Source: an uncultured Gemmatimonadales bacterium (GTDB lineage Bacteria > Gemmatimonadota > Gemmatimonadetes > Gemmatimonadales > GWC2-71-9). Taken from it: a stretch of DNA of 64,000 bases. The first letter of the stretch is position 1; every line of letters begins with the position of its first letter. A model generated the notes under the pieces. It was not told the DNA's origin. It saw only the letters and a program-made list of their open reading frames with translations, and made no database searches. Positions 1 through 11,600 of the stretch are shown one piece after another. Made by a program: the position numbers and the translations under genes. Location: positions 288,001 through 352,000 of the forward strand of contig CAWGED010000005.1 of assembly GCA_963821525.1 (NCBI GenBank), in the 5' to 3' direction.

Positions 1-478
1 CTGTGAGCTGGATTGTCACCTGGCCTATTCGGTAACTGATGTCCGGGTCGCGGATTCACTCGGGACGGCTGAGGACGGTCTGCGATCGAACGGGCGTTTC
101 TGGCTGGTGACGGTGCGCACCTGGTTCGATCCGAACACGATCTCGGCCCGGCGCTCCCTTACCGAGCCTACCTGGCCGGCACCGCGGAAGGTGGCGCTGG
201 TGAGTGCCGAAGGGGTTCGCTATCCGCCGGTCGAAGACGTGGATTCGGCGTTGTCGAGATCCGGAATCGTTTCTACTCCCATTACGAAGGAGCTTCCTCC
301 TGGCGCCTCATACACCACAACTTTCGTGTTCGATCTCCCTGAGGAGACTGTGGCGACCGGATTGTTGTTGACCGACGATCTCGTGGTGAGTCGCTTTCTG
401 ATCGGACACGAGCGCAGTCCGTTCCACGCCCCCACGCTGCTTCAGTTGCCTTCCACCTCGGTGGCGAAGGGAACCTGA
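1..478 (+). CDS. Hypothetical protein, 5'-truncated by window edge (DUF4352-like beta-sandwich)
   Basis: Frame open from base 2 (CELDCHLAYSVTDVRV...RFWLVTVRTWFD...LPPGASYTTTFVFDLP). The LxPGxSxxxxxVFD pattern resembles DUF4352-type domains. Confidence 0.6.
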   Translation, partial: CELDCHLAYSVTDVRVADSLGTAEDGLRSNGRFWLVTVRTWFDPNTISARRSLTEPTWPAPRKVALVSAEGVRYPPVEDVDSALSRSGIVSTPITKELPPGASYTTTFVFDLPEETVATGLLLTDDLVVSRFLIGHERSPFHAPTLLQLPSTSVAKGT

Positions 479-483
479 CCTCG

Positions 484-648
484 ATGGACGCTGTGCCGCT
501 GGTGGTCGCAGCGATGCTTTCGACCACTCTTGGCTTCTCGCGGTACCACGCCAGGGTCGACACGACTTCCGTGGTGGATCGCCTGGCGTGCTGGGGCTGT
601 TTCCTCGTCGCCATACTGGCGATGCTCGCCTCCATGGCCGGGGACTAG
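484..648 (+). CDS. Small hydrophobic protein (54 aa, two possible TM segments)
   Basis: Hand translation MDAVPLVVAAMLSTTLGFSRYHARVDTTSVVDRLACWGCFLVAILAMLASMAGD; starts 5 nt after the upstream stop. Confidence 0.4.
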   Translation: MDAVPLVVAAMLSTTLGFSRYHARVDTTSVVDRLACWGCFLVAILAMLASMAGD

Positions 649-701
649 CGGTCGAGATACCCTCCCGTTCTGTTTCAGACGGTCTCAACAGGATCGTCTT
701 C

Positions 702-1019
702 ATGAAGCACTATCCGGACTCCTGGCTCCCCGCCATGTTTGGGGTCCTGCTGCTTCCTTCCATTGGAGCCTGCCAGCGCGTGAAGCCAATCGGCAGTGAC
801 GAGATTCGGGTTTCCGGAACCATCGAGCTCACTCCGGTCGGAGTGAATTGCTGGCGGCTGACGGGCAAGGACGGCAAGAACTACGAGCTGCGCGCCGATC
901 AGGCGCCGACCGGATTGCTCACCAATGGCAAGGCGGTAACCCTGGTCCTCAAGCTCCGGTCCGACCTGATGAGTGCCTGTCAGGTGGGCCAGATTGCCGA
1001 TGTGGTGCGGGTGGAGTAG
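702..1019 (+). CDS. Small putative lipoprotein (OB-fold-like)
   Basis: Hydrophobic stretch plus IGAC lipobox-like motif, then GTIEL...NCWRL...YEL...MSACQVG with a Cys pair. Confidence 0.6.
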   Translation: MKHYPDSWLPAMFGVLLLPSIGACQRVKPIGSDEIRVSGTIELTPVGVNCWRLTGKDGKNYELRADQAPTGLLTNGKAVTLVLKLRSDLMSACQVGQIADVVRVE

Positions 1020-1097
1020 CGAACGAAACTCCCACCCCCAACGCCCCGTAGGCTTCCCCCGACCCGCAGGTTGGTCCCTATGAGCAGTCCCTCTTTC

Positions 1098-2813
1098 ATG
1101 GAGAAACGCGTGTCTCCCATTGGACGGCAGTTCGGGGCCGGAGTCGCCCTTCTGATCGCGGTCTCGGGATGCAGTCACGGTGGTGCCAATGTCGCCGCCG
1201 CTCCCTCCAGCACCGATGCGTTCTCTCCCAGCCTGATGCGTACTCGCCTCTTCGCCTATGCCGATGATTCCATGCTCGGCCGGGAGGCAGGTCATCCGGG
1301 CAACGTCAAGGCGACGACCTACATCGCGGGCCAGGTGCAAGCGCTGGGTCTCGAGGCGGCGGGTGACAACGGCACCTATTTCCAGACGCTGCCGCTGGTC
1401 GGACGGGCGCTGGATTCCACCACCAATGTGACGGTTGACGGTGCGCCATTGGAGCTGTGGAAGGATTACGCCCCGCTTCCTCCGATCGAAGGGGTTCCGG
1501 TGGCGGAGAGCGGCGCGCTGAACCAGGTGCCGGTGGTGTACGGCGGCCGAATGGGAGATTCGGTTGCGGTGCTGAGTGCGGATGACGCGAAGGGCAAGAT
1601 CGTGGTGCTGGGCCCGGCGATGGATCCCACCGGGAAAGAGGTCTTCAATCTCTCCATGGGTTCCTTCATTCGCTATCAGGGAGCCGCCGCCATCGCGATG
1701 GCAAACTGGGATCTGGCCCCTCCCGGTGTAGCGGATTTTCTCCGTCAGTCAGGGGCGGAAATGAAGGAAGGCTCCGACGATCCGGCGGCGGCTCGGCCCC
1801 TCGCCATTTTTGTGACGCGCGCGGCTGCGGAGAAGATGCTGGGCGGCTCGGTCTCGAGTCTGCAATCGGGCGCCGCGGGCAAGTCCATCAACGGCAAGAT
1901 TGCCTTTACCGAGACTCAGCCCGAGGCGCCGGCGAGAAATGTGATTGCGATCCTGCGCGGTAGCGATCCGGCCCTGGCGGGTGAGTTCGTGGCCATCGGC
2001 GCTCACAATGACCACATCGGGACGACCGACGAGCCGGTGGATGCCGATTCGATCTGGGCCTTCAACAAGGTCATGCGTCCCATGGGGGCGGAGAACGAGC
2101 CGGGAATTCCCTCTCCCGAGCAGGCGGCGCGGATCAAGAGCCTCATCGACAGCGTGCGGAAGACCCATCCCGCCGGACGGGTCGATTCGGTCTACAATGG
2201 CGCCGATGACGATGGATCAGGCTCGATGACCGTGCTGTCCATAGCCCAGGCGTTTGCCGAGAGCAAGACCAAGCCCAAGCGTTCGATCATCTTCGTGTGG
2301 CACACCGGAGAGGAAGAGGGACTCTGGGGTTCGGACTGGTTCACCCGCCATTCCACGATCCCGCGGGACTCGATCGTGGCCCAGCTCAACATCGACATGG
2401 TGGGGCGCGGTGGGGTCAACGACCTCAAGGGAGGCGGCCCGGGCTACCTCCAGCTCATCGGCTCACGCCGGCTTTCTACCGAGCTGGGGGACCTGGTGGA
2501 GAGCGTCAACAAGAGCGGGAATCACGGATTCACCTTCGACTACAGCTACGACGCGAACGGCCATCCCGACAACATCTACTGCCGCAGTGATCACGCGATG
2601 TACGCCCGCTTCGGCATTCCCATCGTGTTCTTCACCACCGGCGGGCACTCCGACTATCACATGCTCTCCGACGAGCCCCAGCGCATCGACTACACCAAGA
2701 TGAGTCACGTCGGGTCACTGGTCTACGACATCGCGCTCCACGTGGCCGATCTGGATCACCGCGTGGTGGTCGACAAGCCGAAGCCGGATCCGGAGGCGCC
2801 GTGTAAGCAATGA
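1098..2813 (+). CDS. M28 family metallopeptidase lipoprotein
   Basis: Lipobox VSGC; GAHNDH, NGADDDGSG, TGEEEGLWGS, LNIDMVGR, RSDH and DYH motifs of M28. Start could be 1080 or 1098. Confidence 0.92.
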   Translation: MEKRVSPIGRQFGAGVALLIAVSGCSHGGANVAAAPSSTDAFSPSLMRTRLFAYADDSMLGREAGHPGNVKATTYIAGQVQALGLEAAGDNGTYFQTLPLVGRALDSTTNVTVDGAPLELWKDYAPLPPIEGVPVAESGALNQVPVVYGGRMGDSVAVLSADDAKGKIVVLGPAMDPTGKEVFNLSMGSFIRYQGAAAIAMANWDLAPPGVADFLRQSGAEMKEGSDDPAAARPLAIFVTRAAAEKMLGGSVSSLQSGAAGKSINGKIAFTETQPEAPARNVIAILRGSDPALAGEFVAIGAHNDHIGTTDEPVDADSIWAFNKVMRPMGAENEPGIPSPEQAARIKSLIDSVRKTHPAGRVDSVYNGADDDGSGSMTVLSIAQAFAESKTKPKRSIIFVWHTGEEEGLWGSDWFTRHSTIPRDSIVAQLNIDMVGRGGVNDLKGGGPGYLQLIGSRRLSTELGDLVESVNKSGNHGFTFDYSYDANGHPDNIYCRSDHAMYARFGIPIVFFTTGGHSDYHMLSDEPQRIDYTKMSHVGSLVYDIALHVADLDHRVVVDKPKPDPEAPCKQ

Positions 2814-2956
2814 TGAATGAGAGAATGGCGGAATGGCGGAATGATGAATGGCGGAATGTTGAACGCAGGAATGTCGAATGGAATGCCTGTAGTCCTCGAC
2901 CATTCCGGCATTCCTCCAATCCGCCATTCGTCAATTCGCCATTCCGCCATTCATCA
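2811..2956. repeat. Inverted pair of (GAATGGCG)-type 8-mer tandem arrays between convergent genes
   Basis: gaatggcg-gaatggcg-gaatgat-gaatggcg-gaatg... followed by ...cattccggcattcc...ccgccattc...cgccattccgccattcatca. Confidence 0.85.
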
Positions 2957-5790
2957 ATGCTCCCCAATCATCTCCGCCAGCCTCCGCTTCGCCTCCGCCA
3001 CCTGGGGCTGCAGCTCGGGTCAGCGTTCTTCCATAGTTCGATGAACTTCTGGAGATGCTGCGCTGCCTTCTCCCGGTCGCCGCGCTGGGCATACAGCTCG
3101 CCTAGCCGCTTGTGGGTGAACGCCAGATACTGGGCGTCGATTTCGAGCTGATCCTCCATCGGTGACACCAGGTATTTCTCATAGGAAGCGATGGCCGAGT
3201 CGGGCCGGCTGGCCGCTTCCCAGGCTCGTGCCAGCTCGGCCAGCACGCAGCGTTCGCAGGGAGCGGCTATGGTCGCTGCTTGCAGTTGACGCACGGCCGT
3301 CTGCGGGTTGTTCTCGGCGAGTGCGATCATTCCCAGGACGCCCTGATAGTACGCCTCGCTCCGTCCCCGGATCTCGAGCGGCGACTGCTCGTACTCGCGG
3401 AGGGTGGCGCGGGCACGGTCGGGTCGGCCGACCATTGCCTCGAGGTACGCCACGTCGAGATAGGGACGGTCCACCGAATCGAGCTGGGCGTAGGGATAGC
3501 GGCGGAGCGCGGTATCCAGAATCCGGATCGCGCCTGAGCGATCCCCCTCGAACCATCCGGCGATGCCGACGAGCATAAGTTCCGAACCGAGGGCATAGTT
3601 CAACACGCCCGCCTGAGCCGCTCCTCTGCTGTTTTCCGAAATGAGTTCTCTGGCCTCCCCCAGGTGACCTTCCAGGAGCTTCACCTGTGCCAGGTTTGCT
3701 GTTGCGCGCACCCTTCTCCTCCGGGCTGATCTCGGGCGACGTCCTGAGACCGGTGTAGATGACTCGGGCTGTATCGTATCGCCCCTGTGAAACAGCGAGT
3801 TCAGCGGCGATCCACGGTGTCCCGCTGTAGTCGGGGAACTTGTTCGACGCCTGCCGCAATAAGGCCGTCGCGCTGTCCGATTGGCCGGAAGCGATAAACC
3901 CCTGGACCAGGTTGAACCAGGCGGTGGCGGGGCTGGAATCGGCTGCGATGGCGCGGTGATAGTACTCGTTTGCCTTCTCAGGGTTCTTCAGCCGGGCATA
4001 GACCAGCCCCAGATTGTTGAGCGCTGGATGTTGTCCGGCTCAATGTCGAGCAGGGCATTGTAGGCGGAAAGCGCCTTCTGCGGTTGGATATCGACCCGGG
4101 TGTAATACGTACCGAGCGTCAGGTAACGCTCCCGTTCGGTAAGCCGGTCCTGATGGCGTAGCGCGTTCTGCATCGCGTGACGCTGCTTTGCCCGCTCGCC
4201 GACGTTGCCGTAATTCACGCCGAGCTTGCGCCAGGCCATGGCGAATCCGGTATCGAGCGCCACGGCCTCTTCCAGAAGCTGGTCAGCCCGGCTGGAAGCT
4301 CCTGCCGTGGCGCCAATGCGCATGGCCTGCGAGTACTTCCGCAATGCTTCCAGTGATGGTGTGGTCACCTGCTCCAGCGGTTGGCCCACGCCGATGCTCT
4401 TGAGCGACTCGCCGATCTTCCGCCTGAGCTCGTGTGACACTTTGCCGATGGTCTCGATCAGTTCGGTAGAGTCCTTCGCCACTTCGCGAAATGCGGCCAG
4501 TGGCTCCCCGTTCGCGGCCGAAATGATTTGAGCCGAAAAGGTGAACGAGGGACCGACGGAGGCGATGTCTCCTGTGATCACCGCCTTCACGCCTTCTCGC
4601 TGAGCGATTTCCCGCGCCAGTGCTGGGATCGATGGCCGAGCTGTCGGGCCGCTGCATTCGCTCGAGCGCCGCCGCGATCTGCGCCGGGGAGAACACCGTC
4701 ACCGTGCGCGATTGGGTGAGGTCTACTCGAAGTGCCTCTCCCGCAGCGATACCCAGAGTCGAATCGCGAGTGCGATTGGTGATATCGGCGAGGAGCACGG
4801 GATCCCGTGCATCGAGCACGCCCTGCGCGACGAGGGACCTCCCGGGTATGAGCCCGGCGAAGTACCCGCCGAGGAGCACGGTGAGGGCCAGCGCGCTTGC
4901 GCCGAGGAGCACGGTTCGTTTGCGGCGCCGGGGGACCGGGGTGAAGGCTCCGCTCGAGAGTGAGCTCAGCCGCTGCCGCACCTCGTCGGCCGAGGCGGGC
5001 CGCAGGTCACGATCCTTCTCCAGGCACTGCATCAGAAGGGCGGCCAGCGGTGGCGGGCAGTCGGGCCGACCCAGGGTGACGTCAGCCGGTTTTTCGGTGA
5101 GATGCGCTGCAAGCAGCTCCTGCGGAGTCCGTCCGGCGAACGGCGCCTTCCCGGTCAGCATCTCGTAGCCCAGCGCGCCGAAGGCATAGAGGTCTGCGCG
5201 ATGGTCGATGTTGGGATCGGCGGCGATCTGTTCCGGCGCCATGTACGCCGGAGTTCCCATCGAGAGCCCTGCCGAGGTGAGCGTCCCGCCTGGCGCAACG
5301 CTTCCAGCGCCTTCGCGATCCCGAAATCGGTGACCACCGCGTGCTGGCCGCTGAGCAGGATGTTTTCCGGCTTGATGTCGCGGTGCACCACGCCATGCCG
5401 GTGCGCGTAGGCCAGCGCGTCGGCGACTTCTCCAGCAGGCTGACGACATCCGCCGTGGCGAGTTCGCTCTTCCGGTTCGAGCGGGGCCCGGAGCGATTCC
5501 CCCTCGACGAAGGGCATCGTGTAGTAGAGCGTCCCGCCGGCTTCTCCGGCCGTCAGCAGGGGGACGATATGAGGATGGTGCAGCCGCGCTGCGAGCTGGA
5601 TCTCGCGGCGGAACCGGTCCGCCGAGAGATCGCCGGCGTATTCAGGCGGAAGGACCTTGATCACTACTTGGCGGCCCAGCGCCGTCTCCTCGGCGACGAA
5701 GACACGGCTCATCCCTCCACCACCCAACTCGCGTTCGAGGCGGTAGGCGGTGCCAAGGGCCTGCTGTAAGCGGTCTTGTAGTTCGGTCAA
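2954..5790 (-). CDS. Hanks-type Ser/Thr kinase - TM - TolB-N-like - TPR protein, broken by several frameshifts (probably sequencing errors)
   Basis: LGGGGMSRVF, VVIKVL, HRDIKPEN, DFGIAK and GTPAYMAPEQ motifs plus TM and TPR segments spread over ORFs 5155-5790, 4283-5449, 3988-4590, 3179-3859 and 2968-3711. Reconstructed end ...AKRRLAEMIGEH*. Confidence 0.88.
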
Positions 5791-5891
5791 GGAACTGGGG
5801 TGAGGGTGGTGAAAGTTACCGAAATCAGTGGTCCGTGGGCAGGTGTCGGACCGGGAATGGGCCGGGCTCGGCGGTATTACACTTGAGCGTA

Positions 5892-6767
5892 ATGCGCTCC
5901 TTTCATATCTCCCGCCGAGGATTCCTCCTGGGTGCCGCGGCGACCGCCGGAGCTCTCGCGACCGACGCGTTCGGGATCGAGGGCCGTCGAGTCTACATCA
6001 CCCGCCACGATGTCGAGATCCCGGGTCTGCCCGATGCTCTCGACGGGCTCCGAATCGCGCAGGTGACTGACATGCATCTGCATGGAGGTCTCCATGCCGC
6101 GGCCCGGGCCACGATGGAATTGATCCAGACCGAGAAGCCTGAGATTACCCTCCTCACCGGAGACGCCTGCGAGCATCAGAGCTACCTGCCCGATGTCACA
6201 ACCTTCACGCGCGAGTGCCGTGGTTCCGTTGCGACGCTGGCATTGATGGGGAACTGGGAGTACTTCGTGGACATCAGCTCGACGCAGGCCGAGGCCGCCT
6301 ACAGTGCGGCCGGCGCCGAACTCCTGCTGAACCGGTCACGCCGGATCGAAATCGGAAACGCGTCGCTGAATATCATCGGGCTCGATGATCCGGTTCGCGG
6401 CAAGCCGGACCTTCAGCAGACTCTGAAATACGCCCTTCCTGCAGACATCCAGATCTGGGCCTACCATGCCCCCGGCTACGCCGACGTGATCCCGCCCGGC
6501 ATCGGCCCGCCGCCCGCGTTCATGCTGGCCGGTCACACCCACGGCGGCCAGATCCGCCCGCCCTTCTTCCCGCCCTTCCTCCCGTTCGGCAGCGGGCGTT
6601 TTGTCCAGGGCTGGTACCGCGACACTCTGGCACCGCTCTATGTCTCCCGCGGCATCGGGACGACCACGATTCGGGCCCGGTTCCGGTGTCCGGCGGAGCT
6701 GCCGGTGTTCGTCCTGCGGAAAGGGCAGGGACGTGGCATAGTGACGAGGGAAAGGGCTGAGGACTGA
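5892..6767 (+). CDS. Metallophosphoesterase (YkuE/YaeI-like) with Tat signal
   Basis: SRRGFLLG twin-arginine motif; TDMH, GDAC, GNWE, AGHTHGGQ and YVSRGIG motifs. Confidence 0.9.
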   Translation: MRSFHISRRGFLLGAAATAGALATDAFGIEGRRVYITRHDVEIPGLPDALDGLRIAQVTDMHLHGGLHAAARATMELIQTEKPEITLLTGDACEHQSYLPDVTTFTRECRGSVATLALMGNWEYFVDISSTQAEAAYSAAGAELLLNRSRRIEIGNASLNIIGLDDPVRGKPDLQQTLKYALPADIQIWAYHAPGYADVIPPGIGPPPAFMLAGHTHGGQIRPPFFPPFLPFGSGRFVQGWYRDTLAPLYVSRGIGTTTIRARFRCPAELPVFVLRKGQGRGIVTRERAED

Positions 6768-6811
6768 GGACTGCGTGAGAACCGTGGGCGGTGTACCGGA
6801 ACGGGCTACGG

Positions 6812-6924
6812 CACCTCATCCCGAGGACACCCCGAGCGAAGCGAGGGGGTCTGAGGGATCCAGCCTACTTGGCTTGGCACATTGGTTAAGAGGGTAGGTC
6901 CCTCGCTTTGCTCGGGATGAGGTG
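6812..6924. repeat. REP/RPE-like palindromic element between convergent genes
   Basis: CACCTCATCCCGAG (6812-6825) pairs perfectly with CTCGGGATGAGGTG (6911-6924); CCCGAGCGAAGCGAGGG pairs with CCCTCGCTTTGCTCGGG. Confidence 0.8.
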
Positions 6925-6970
6925 TTGGAGCAGTTCGCGTCTTTTCCCCGTTCCCTGTTCCCGCTCTTTA

Positions 6971-8638
6971 CTACTTCGCCCTTTCCATGTCCGCCAGAAT
7001 GGCGCCGGGCGCCAGCGGCCGGCCGAGGAACTGCTCCAGCACGGTCAGCGAAGGTCGCTCGAGGCCGAAGCGATAGATCTGGTCCGAGGCCCAGGGATAC
7101 CAGGTCGAATCGCTTGCAATGAAGGGGCCTCTGAGCGTGCGCATCCGGGCCCTCAGGTCCGCTGTGATGATGGCACCGATCGCGTAGTTCACCAGGTAAC
7201 CCGGCCCGTCGATCAGCTGACCTCGCATCGCCCACCACGACCACTCGGGATGGGGCCGAATTCTGAAATAGGTACTGGTAATATCGGTCCACAGCTGGTT
7301 GGGATCCTGGGACGGGTTACGGTCCATCCGCAGCTCGAAGAGCCCCCAGGCCACGTCGAACACGATCCCTGCGTACTTGGCCCGCAGGGATTCCGCGATT
7401 GTCACCGAATCGCCGAGGAAGCGGATCTGCCAGGCCGGCTCGTACAGCTCCATTGCTGGGAAGTCGGCTAAGGCTTCCGTGAACGTGTCGTTGTCGGGCC
7501 AGTCCATGTAGGCGGGGCGAGTCCGGATCGCCGCGATGTGGATCGCGTGGCCGGTCTCATGCAGCAATTCGGCGAGGTTGTCGAAACTGCCCGCGAGATA
7601 CGAGGTGAAGACCCAGGGCTCGCCGGAATTCCAGCGACCGTCCACTTGTCGCGGTCGGGCACCGAAGTCGGTGTATGCTACCGGATACTTCCCTGCGCGC
7701 GCCTCCAGATCATAGTGCACACCCAGGGTGACCGGAGTGGCTCCCAGCATCCGGTAGTAGTCGTCATTCACTCGGCGCATGTCTGCGAGTGTGGCCACCT
7801 TCGGGCTGAGCCGCCGGCTCGCTGCACCGGTCTGATAGTAGAAATTCCACGGCTCGAGTGTCGAATCGGGAGAGATCGAGCGCCAGGTCTCCAGGATTCG
7901 GACCAGCCAGCCTTCCATCTCTGTGCTGGGGACACCGAACGCGGCCGCCTTCTGTGCGATCGGAGAGACCTTCCCCTTCAATTCTTCGTGATACATCCGG
8001 GCGAGGATGCGATAGGGGCTGAGGGAATCATCCTGACCGTTGATGCTGCGCCAGACCGGTTGCAGCGCCAGAAACAGCCGCTCCCGCTTCGCTGCGTCAT
8101 CGGTACGTCCCAGTCGTCCCAGGATTTCGAGACGGTTGAGCCGCTCTCCATCCACCTCGATGTTTTCCGTGGCCTTGCCGTAACAACTCAGCACTCGCGC
8201 GGAGAGGAGGGAGATGCCCTCAGGCTGGCGCGCCAGGCTGTCCGGCGCGTAGTCGCACGATTCAGTGGCGGTTTCTCCCGAGCTCGAGTCCGAGTCTGAC
8301 GCCAGGAGCGAACGGCTCGATTCTCTAATTACCTGGAGGGCGGCACTGTCGGCCGGCGTGAGATCCTTCGGCACAGCCGCGAGCCGATTCTGGAAGACGG
8401 CTCGTGCGCTATCGCGACTCCTCTCCAGGGTGGCAACGGTGACCCCGTGCACGCTCTCGCTCGCTCCGCGCGCCTCGGTTACGCCAATCTGGTCCTGCCA
8501 GAAGCGGAGGGATTGGTAGCTGTCTTCGAGCGGAGCGAGTGGAGACGAAGCTGGTGCGACAGTGGGAGACGAATGGCAGCCTGTCGCGACCGCGAGGCAG
8601 GTCCCCATCACCGGGAGAAAAAAAGAAGGCCGCAGCAT
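6971..8638 (-). CDS. Gluzincin-type (M2/M3/M32-like) zinc peptidase, putative lipoprotein
   Basis: VATGC lipobox-like motif; LLHETGHAIH (HExxH) and downstream TFTEALA third ligand; YLVNYAIG. Confidence 0.75.
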   Translation of the reverse strand: MLRPSFFLPVMGTCLAVATGCHSSPTVAPASSPLAPLEDSYQSLRFWQDQIGVTEARGASESVHGVTVATLERSRDSARAVFQNRLAAVPKDLTPADSAALQVIRESSRSLLASDSDSSSGETATESCDYAPDSLARQPEGISLLSARVLSCYGKATENIEVDGERLNRLEILGRLGRTDDAAKRERLFLALQPVWRSINGQDDSLSPYRILARMYHEELKGKVSPIAQKAAAFGVPSTEMEGWLVRILETWRSISPDSTLEPWNFYYQTGAASRRLSPKVATLADMRRVNDDYYRMLGATPVTLGVHYDLEARAGKYPVAYTDFGARPRQVDGRWNSGEPWVFTSYLAGSFDNLAELLHETGHAIHIAAIRTRPAYMDWPDNDTFTEALADFPAMELYEPAWQIRFLGDSVTIAESLRAKYAGIVFDVAWGLFELRMDRNPSQDPNQLWTDITSTYFRIRPHPEWSWWAMRGQLIDGPGYLVNYAIGAIITADLRARMRTLRGPFIASDSTWYPWASDQIYRFGLERPSLTVLEQFLGRPLAPGAILADMERAK

Positions 8639-8675
8639 GGCTGAATCTGCGGCCTCCTGAATGGATGCGATACCC

Positions 8676-11600
8676 TTACGGTTGCAGCAGGTCTCCCCGT
8701 CCTTCCAGCTCTCCGCGACTCACCCCACCGGGCGCCCCATCCCACCACCACTGCTTCTCCAGCGTCTTCTTCCGCGGCCACACCTCATCGAGCGTGTTGC
8801 CGTCGTAGAGCCGGCCATTCTTCATCACGTACTTGATCGAGGCGGTGTTATGGATGTCATCCAGAGGATTGGCATCGAGCACGATCAGATCCGCGAGCTT
8901 CCCCGGTTCGACCGAGCCCAGGTCCTGGCCGAATCCGATCGCTTCTGCGCCGAAGATCGTGGCGACCCGAAGCACATCGTGCGGCTTCATCCCACCCGCG
9001 CTCATCGCCCAGAGTTCCCAATGGTCGCCCAGGCCGTCCATCTGGCCGTGGCCGCCCAGGCCCACGCGGCCTCCCGCCTCGACGATCGCCTTGGCGCCGG
9101 CGGCAATCTTCGGGAAGATGTACTGATTTTCGCGGAACCAGGGACGCCGCTCCGCCCGAATGGCGATCTCGTCATAGGGCACGAAGCGCCGGACCTTGGG
9201 GTTCTGCATGATGTCGAAGCGCTCGTAGAAATAGTTCTCGCTCCACGGGCCGCCGTAGGAAACCAGCAGAGTCGGGGTGTAGGTGATGCCTGACTTGGCA
9301 AAAACCTCTACCACGTCCTTGCTGAGCGGTGTGATGGGCAGGCTGTGCTCGTGCCCCGGGTAGCCGTCCATCGCGATGGTCAGGTTCATCTTGAAGTCGA
9401 GCCCGCCCTCCGTCGTGGGCATCAGGCTCTGCTCCTTGGCGGCCATGATGACCCACTGCCGCTGCTTCCGGTTTCCGACCATGTACTGCTTGATGGTGTT
9501 GGTGTGATAGAAGTCGCTGTAGCGCTTGAGCGCGTTCCTCACGTCGTCCAGACTGGTGAAGGGCTCTTCGAAGTAGGTGCCGAAGACACCGGGCCCCGTG
9601 TGATAGATGCGCGGCCCGATCAATTGGCCTGCTTCCACCTGGTCCGCATAGGTCAGGACGTCGGTCGTGTTGGTCTGCGGATCGCGCACGGTCGTAACGC
9701 CGTAGGCGAGATTGGCCAGGTACTTCCAGACCTGTGGCTCGTGGATGCCGAAGGTGGGCCAGGGATGGGCGTGGATGTCCACGAATCCCGGAATGATGGT
9801 CTTGCCCGCGGCGTCGATCGTGCGAGCGCCGGACGGCGCTGTGCAGGCTCCCACGCACACGATACGGTTGTCGGTGACGACGACGTCGCCCTGATCGATG
9901 ACCTCGTCGCCCTTCATGCTGATGATCCGCGCTCCCTTGAGCACGACCGTCCCCTGGGGAACATCGCGCGGGGCGTAGATCGCGATGTCGCGCCTGGACG
10001 GCTCATAGGCCGGTGCCTTGGCCAGCGAATCGTTGCGCGCCTTGGTGGCCGAATCGGGCTTGGCGGTCGTGTCGGCCTTGAGGGAATCGGCCCGGGCCGA
10101 ATCCCGCGTTGCCTTCACCTTCTCCATCGAGTCGGCGGCAGCGGGATCGTACTGGAAGAAGCTCCGTCCCAAGGCCCAGGTAATGCTCTTGCCACCGGGT
10201 CCCCATCCAATGAAATCCCCGCCGATCTTGGTCAGCCGCTTGGCGGGGAACGCCGAGGCCGACGGGTCGGCGATGCTGATGGACAACGGCTCCTGCCCGG
10301 TCATCGGCAGGTTGACCATATAGACGTAGTTGTTGACCAGTGCCACGACCTGCTGGCTGTCCGGGGAGACGAGAATCTCATCCGCCACATTGGGCTCTGC
10401 CATGGGCGCGTTGGCGGTGAAGCCGGTGATCTTGATGCGCGGCCGACGGTCGGTTCCGTCGTAACGCATCGAGACCAGGCCTTCCTCGGGATCGTAAATG
10501 AAGATCAGGTTCGGATCGCTGGAGAAATGCGGACGGCCTCCGGGCCTCATGGGTGAGACTCGGGTGAGCGCACCGCCAGCCGCAGGGAGCCAGTCGAGCT
10601 CATAGCCGGGCCCGAACGCCTCGTTCACCCGAGCCTGGCGGGGACCCCGGATGACGACGATCCGTTGTCCGTCAGGAGACCACGCCGGACCCTGATAGAA
10701 CGCGGGATCCGCACTCAGCCGTTCCGCCTTGCCGCCGGTGGACTTCACCCGTTGGACATATCCGCCGGCATTGCCCCAGGTGATGTACGCGACCCACTTC
10801 CCGTCCGGGGACCAGACCGGGTTCTGTTCGTGCACCGTGTCGGAGGTGAGCCGCTTCGGCGTGCCATTGGGCAAGTCCAGCGTGTACAGCCGATCGAGCG
10901 CCGAAAACAGGAGGCGCTTCCCGTCGGGAGAGAGCGACGGGTCGCGAATCTGCTTCAGCAGGATTTCGCCGGTATCCACCTTGAACTCGAACTTGACGAG
11001 GGGGCCCATCTTGAGATGGACCGCGGCAGAGAAGGGGATCTCGGCTTGCTTACCGGTCGCAACCTCGATCTTGTAGATCTTCCCGTTCCAGGCACTCACC
11101 ACGTAGCGGCTGTCGGGCGTGAAGGACGACCCGGGCAGCAGGTCGCGAGTGAAGCGCGACTCCATGTCATCCCGCTGAATCGGGTAGGCCAGCCACCGCT
11201 CGTCCCCCGTGGCGAGGTTTCGCACCCGGAGGCCGGTCTGCGCATCCCGCCGGTTGCCGTAGACCAGCCATTGCCCGTCGGGAGAGAGCATCGGACGGAA
11301 TGCGCTGCCGTAGGCGTCGGTCTGTGGGAAGACGCGACCGGTGCGCCGGTCGAAGATCGCGAGCTGCCACTGGGTGATGTCGATGTTGTAGCCGAAGCCG
11401 CCCCGCTTCCTGGCGTACCAGACGTAGCGGCCGTCGTTGCCGAACGCCGGGCCCATGGAGTTGATGTTGGTGCCCCGGCCGGTGCCGAGTGCGCCCTGGC
11501 CCTTGTCGTCCTTGGTGAGGGAGACTCCGGGACCACCGTCCTTGTGGAACATCCACAGCTGGTAGCTGCTGCCGATCGGAGAATTGGTCTTCGAGGCAAT

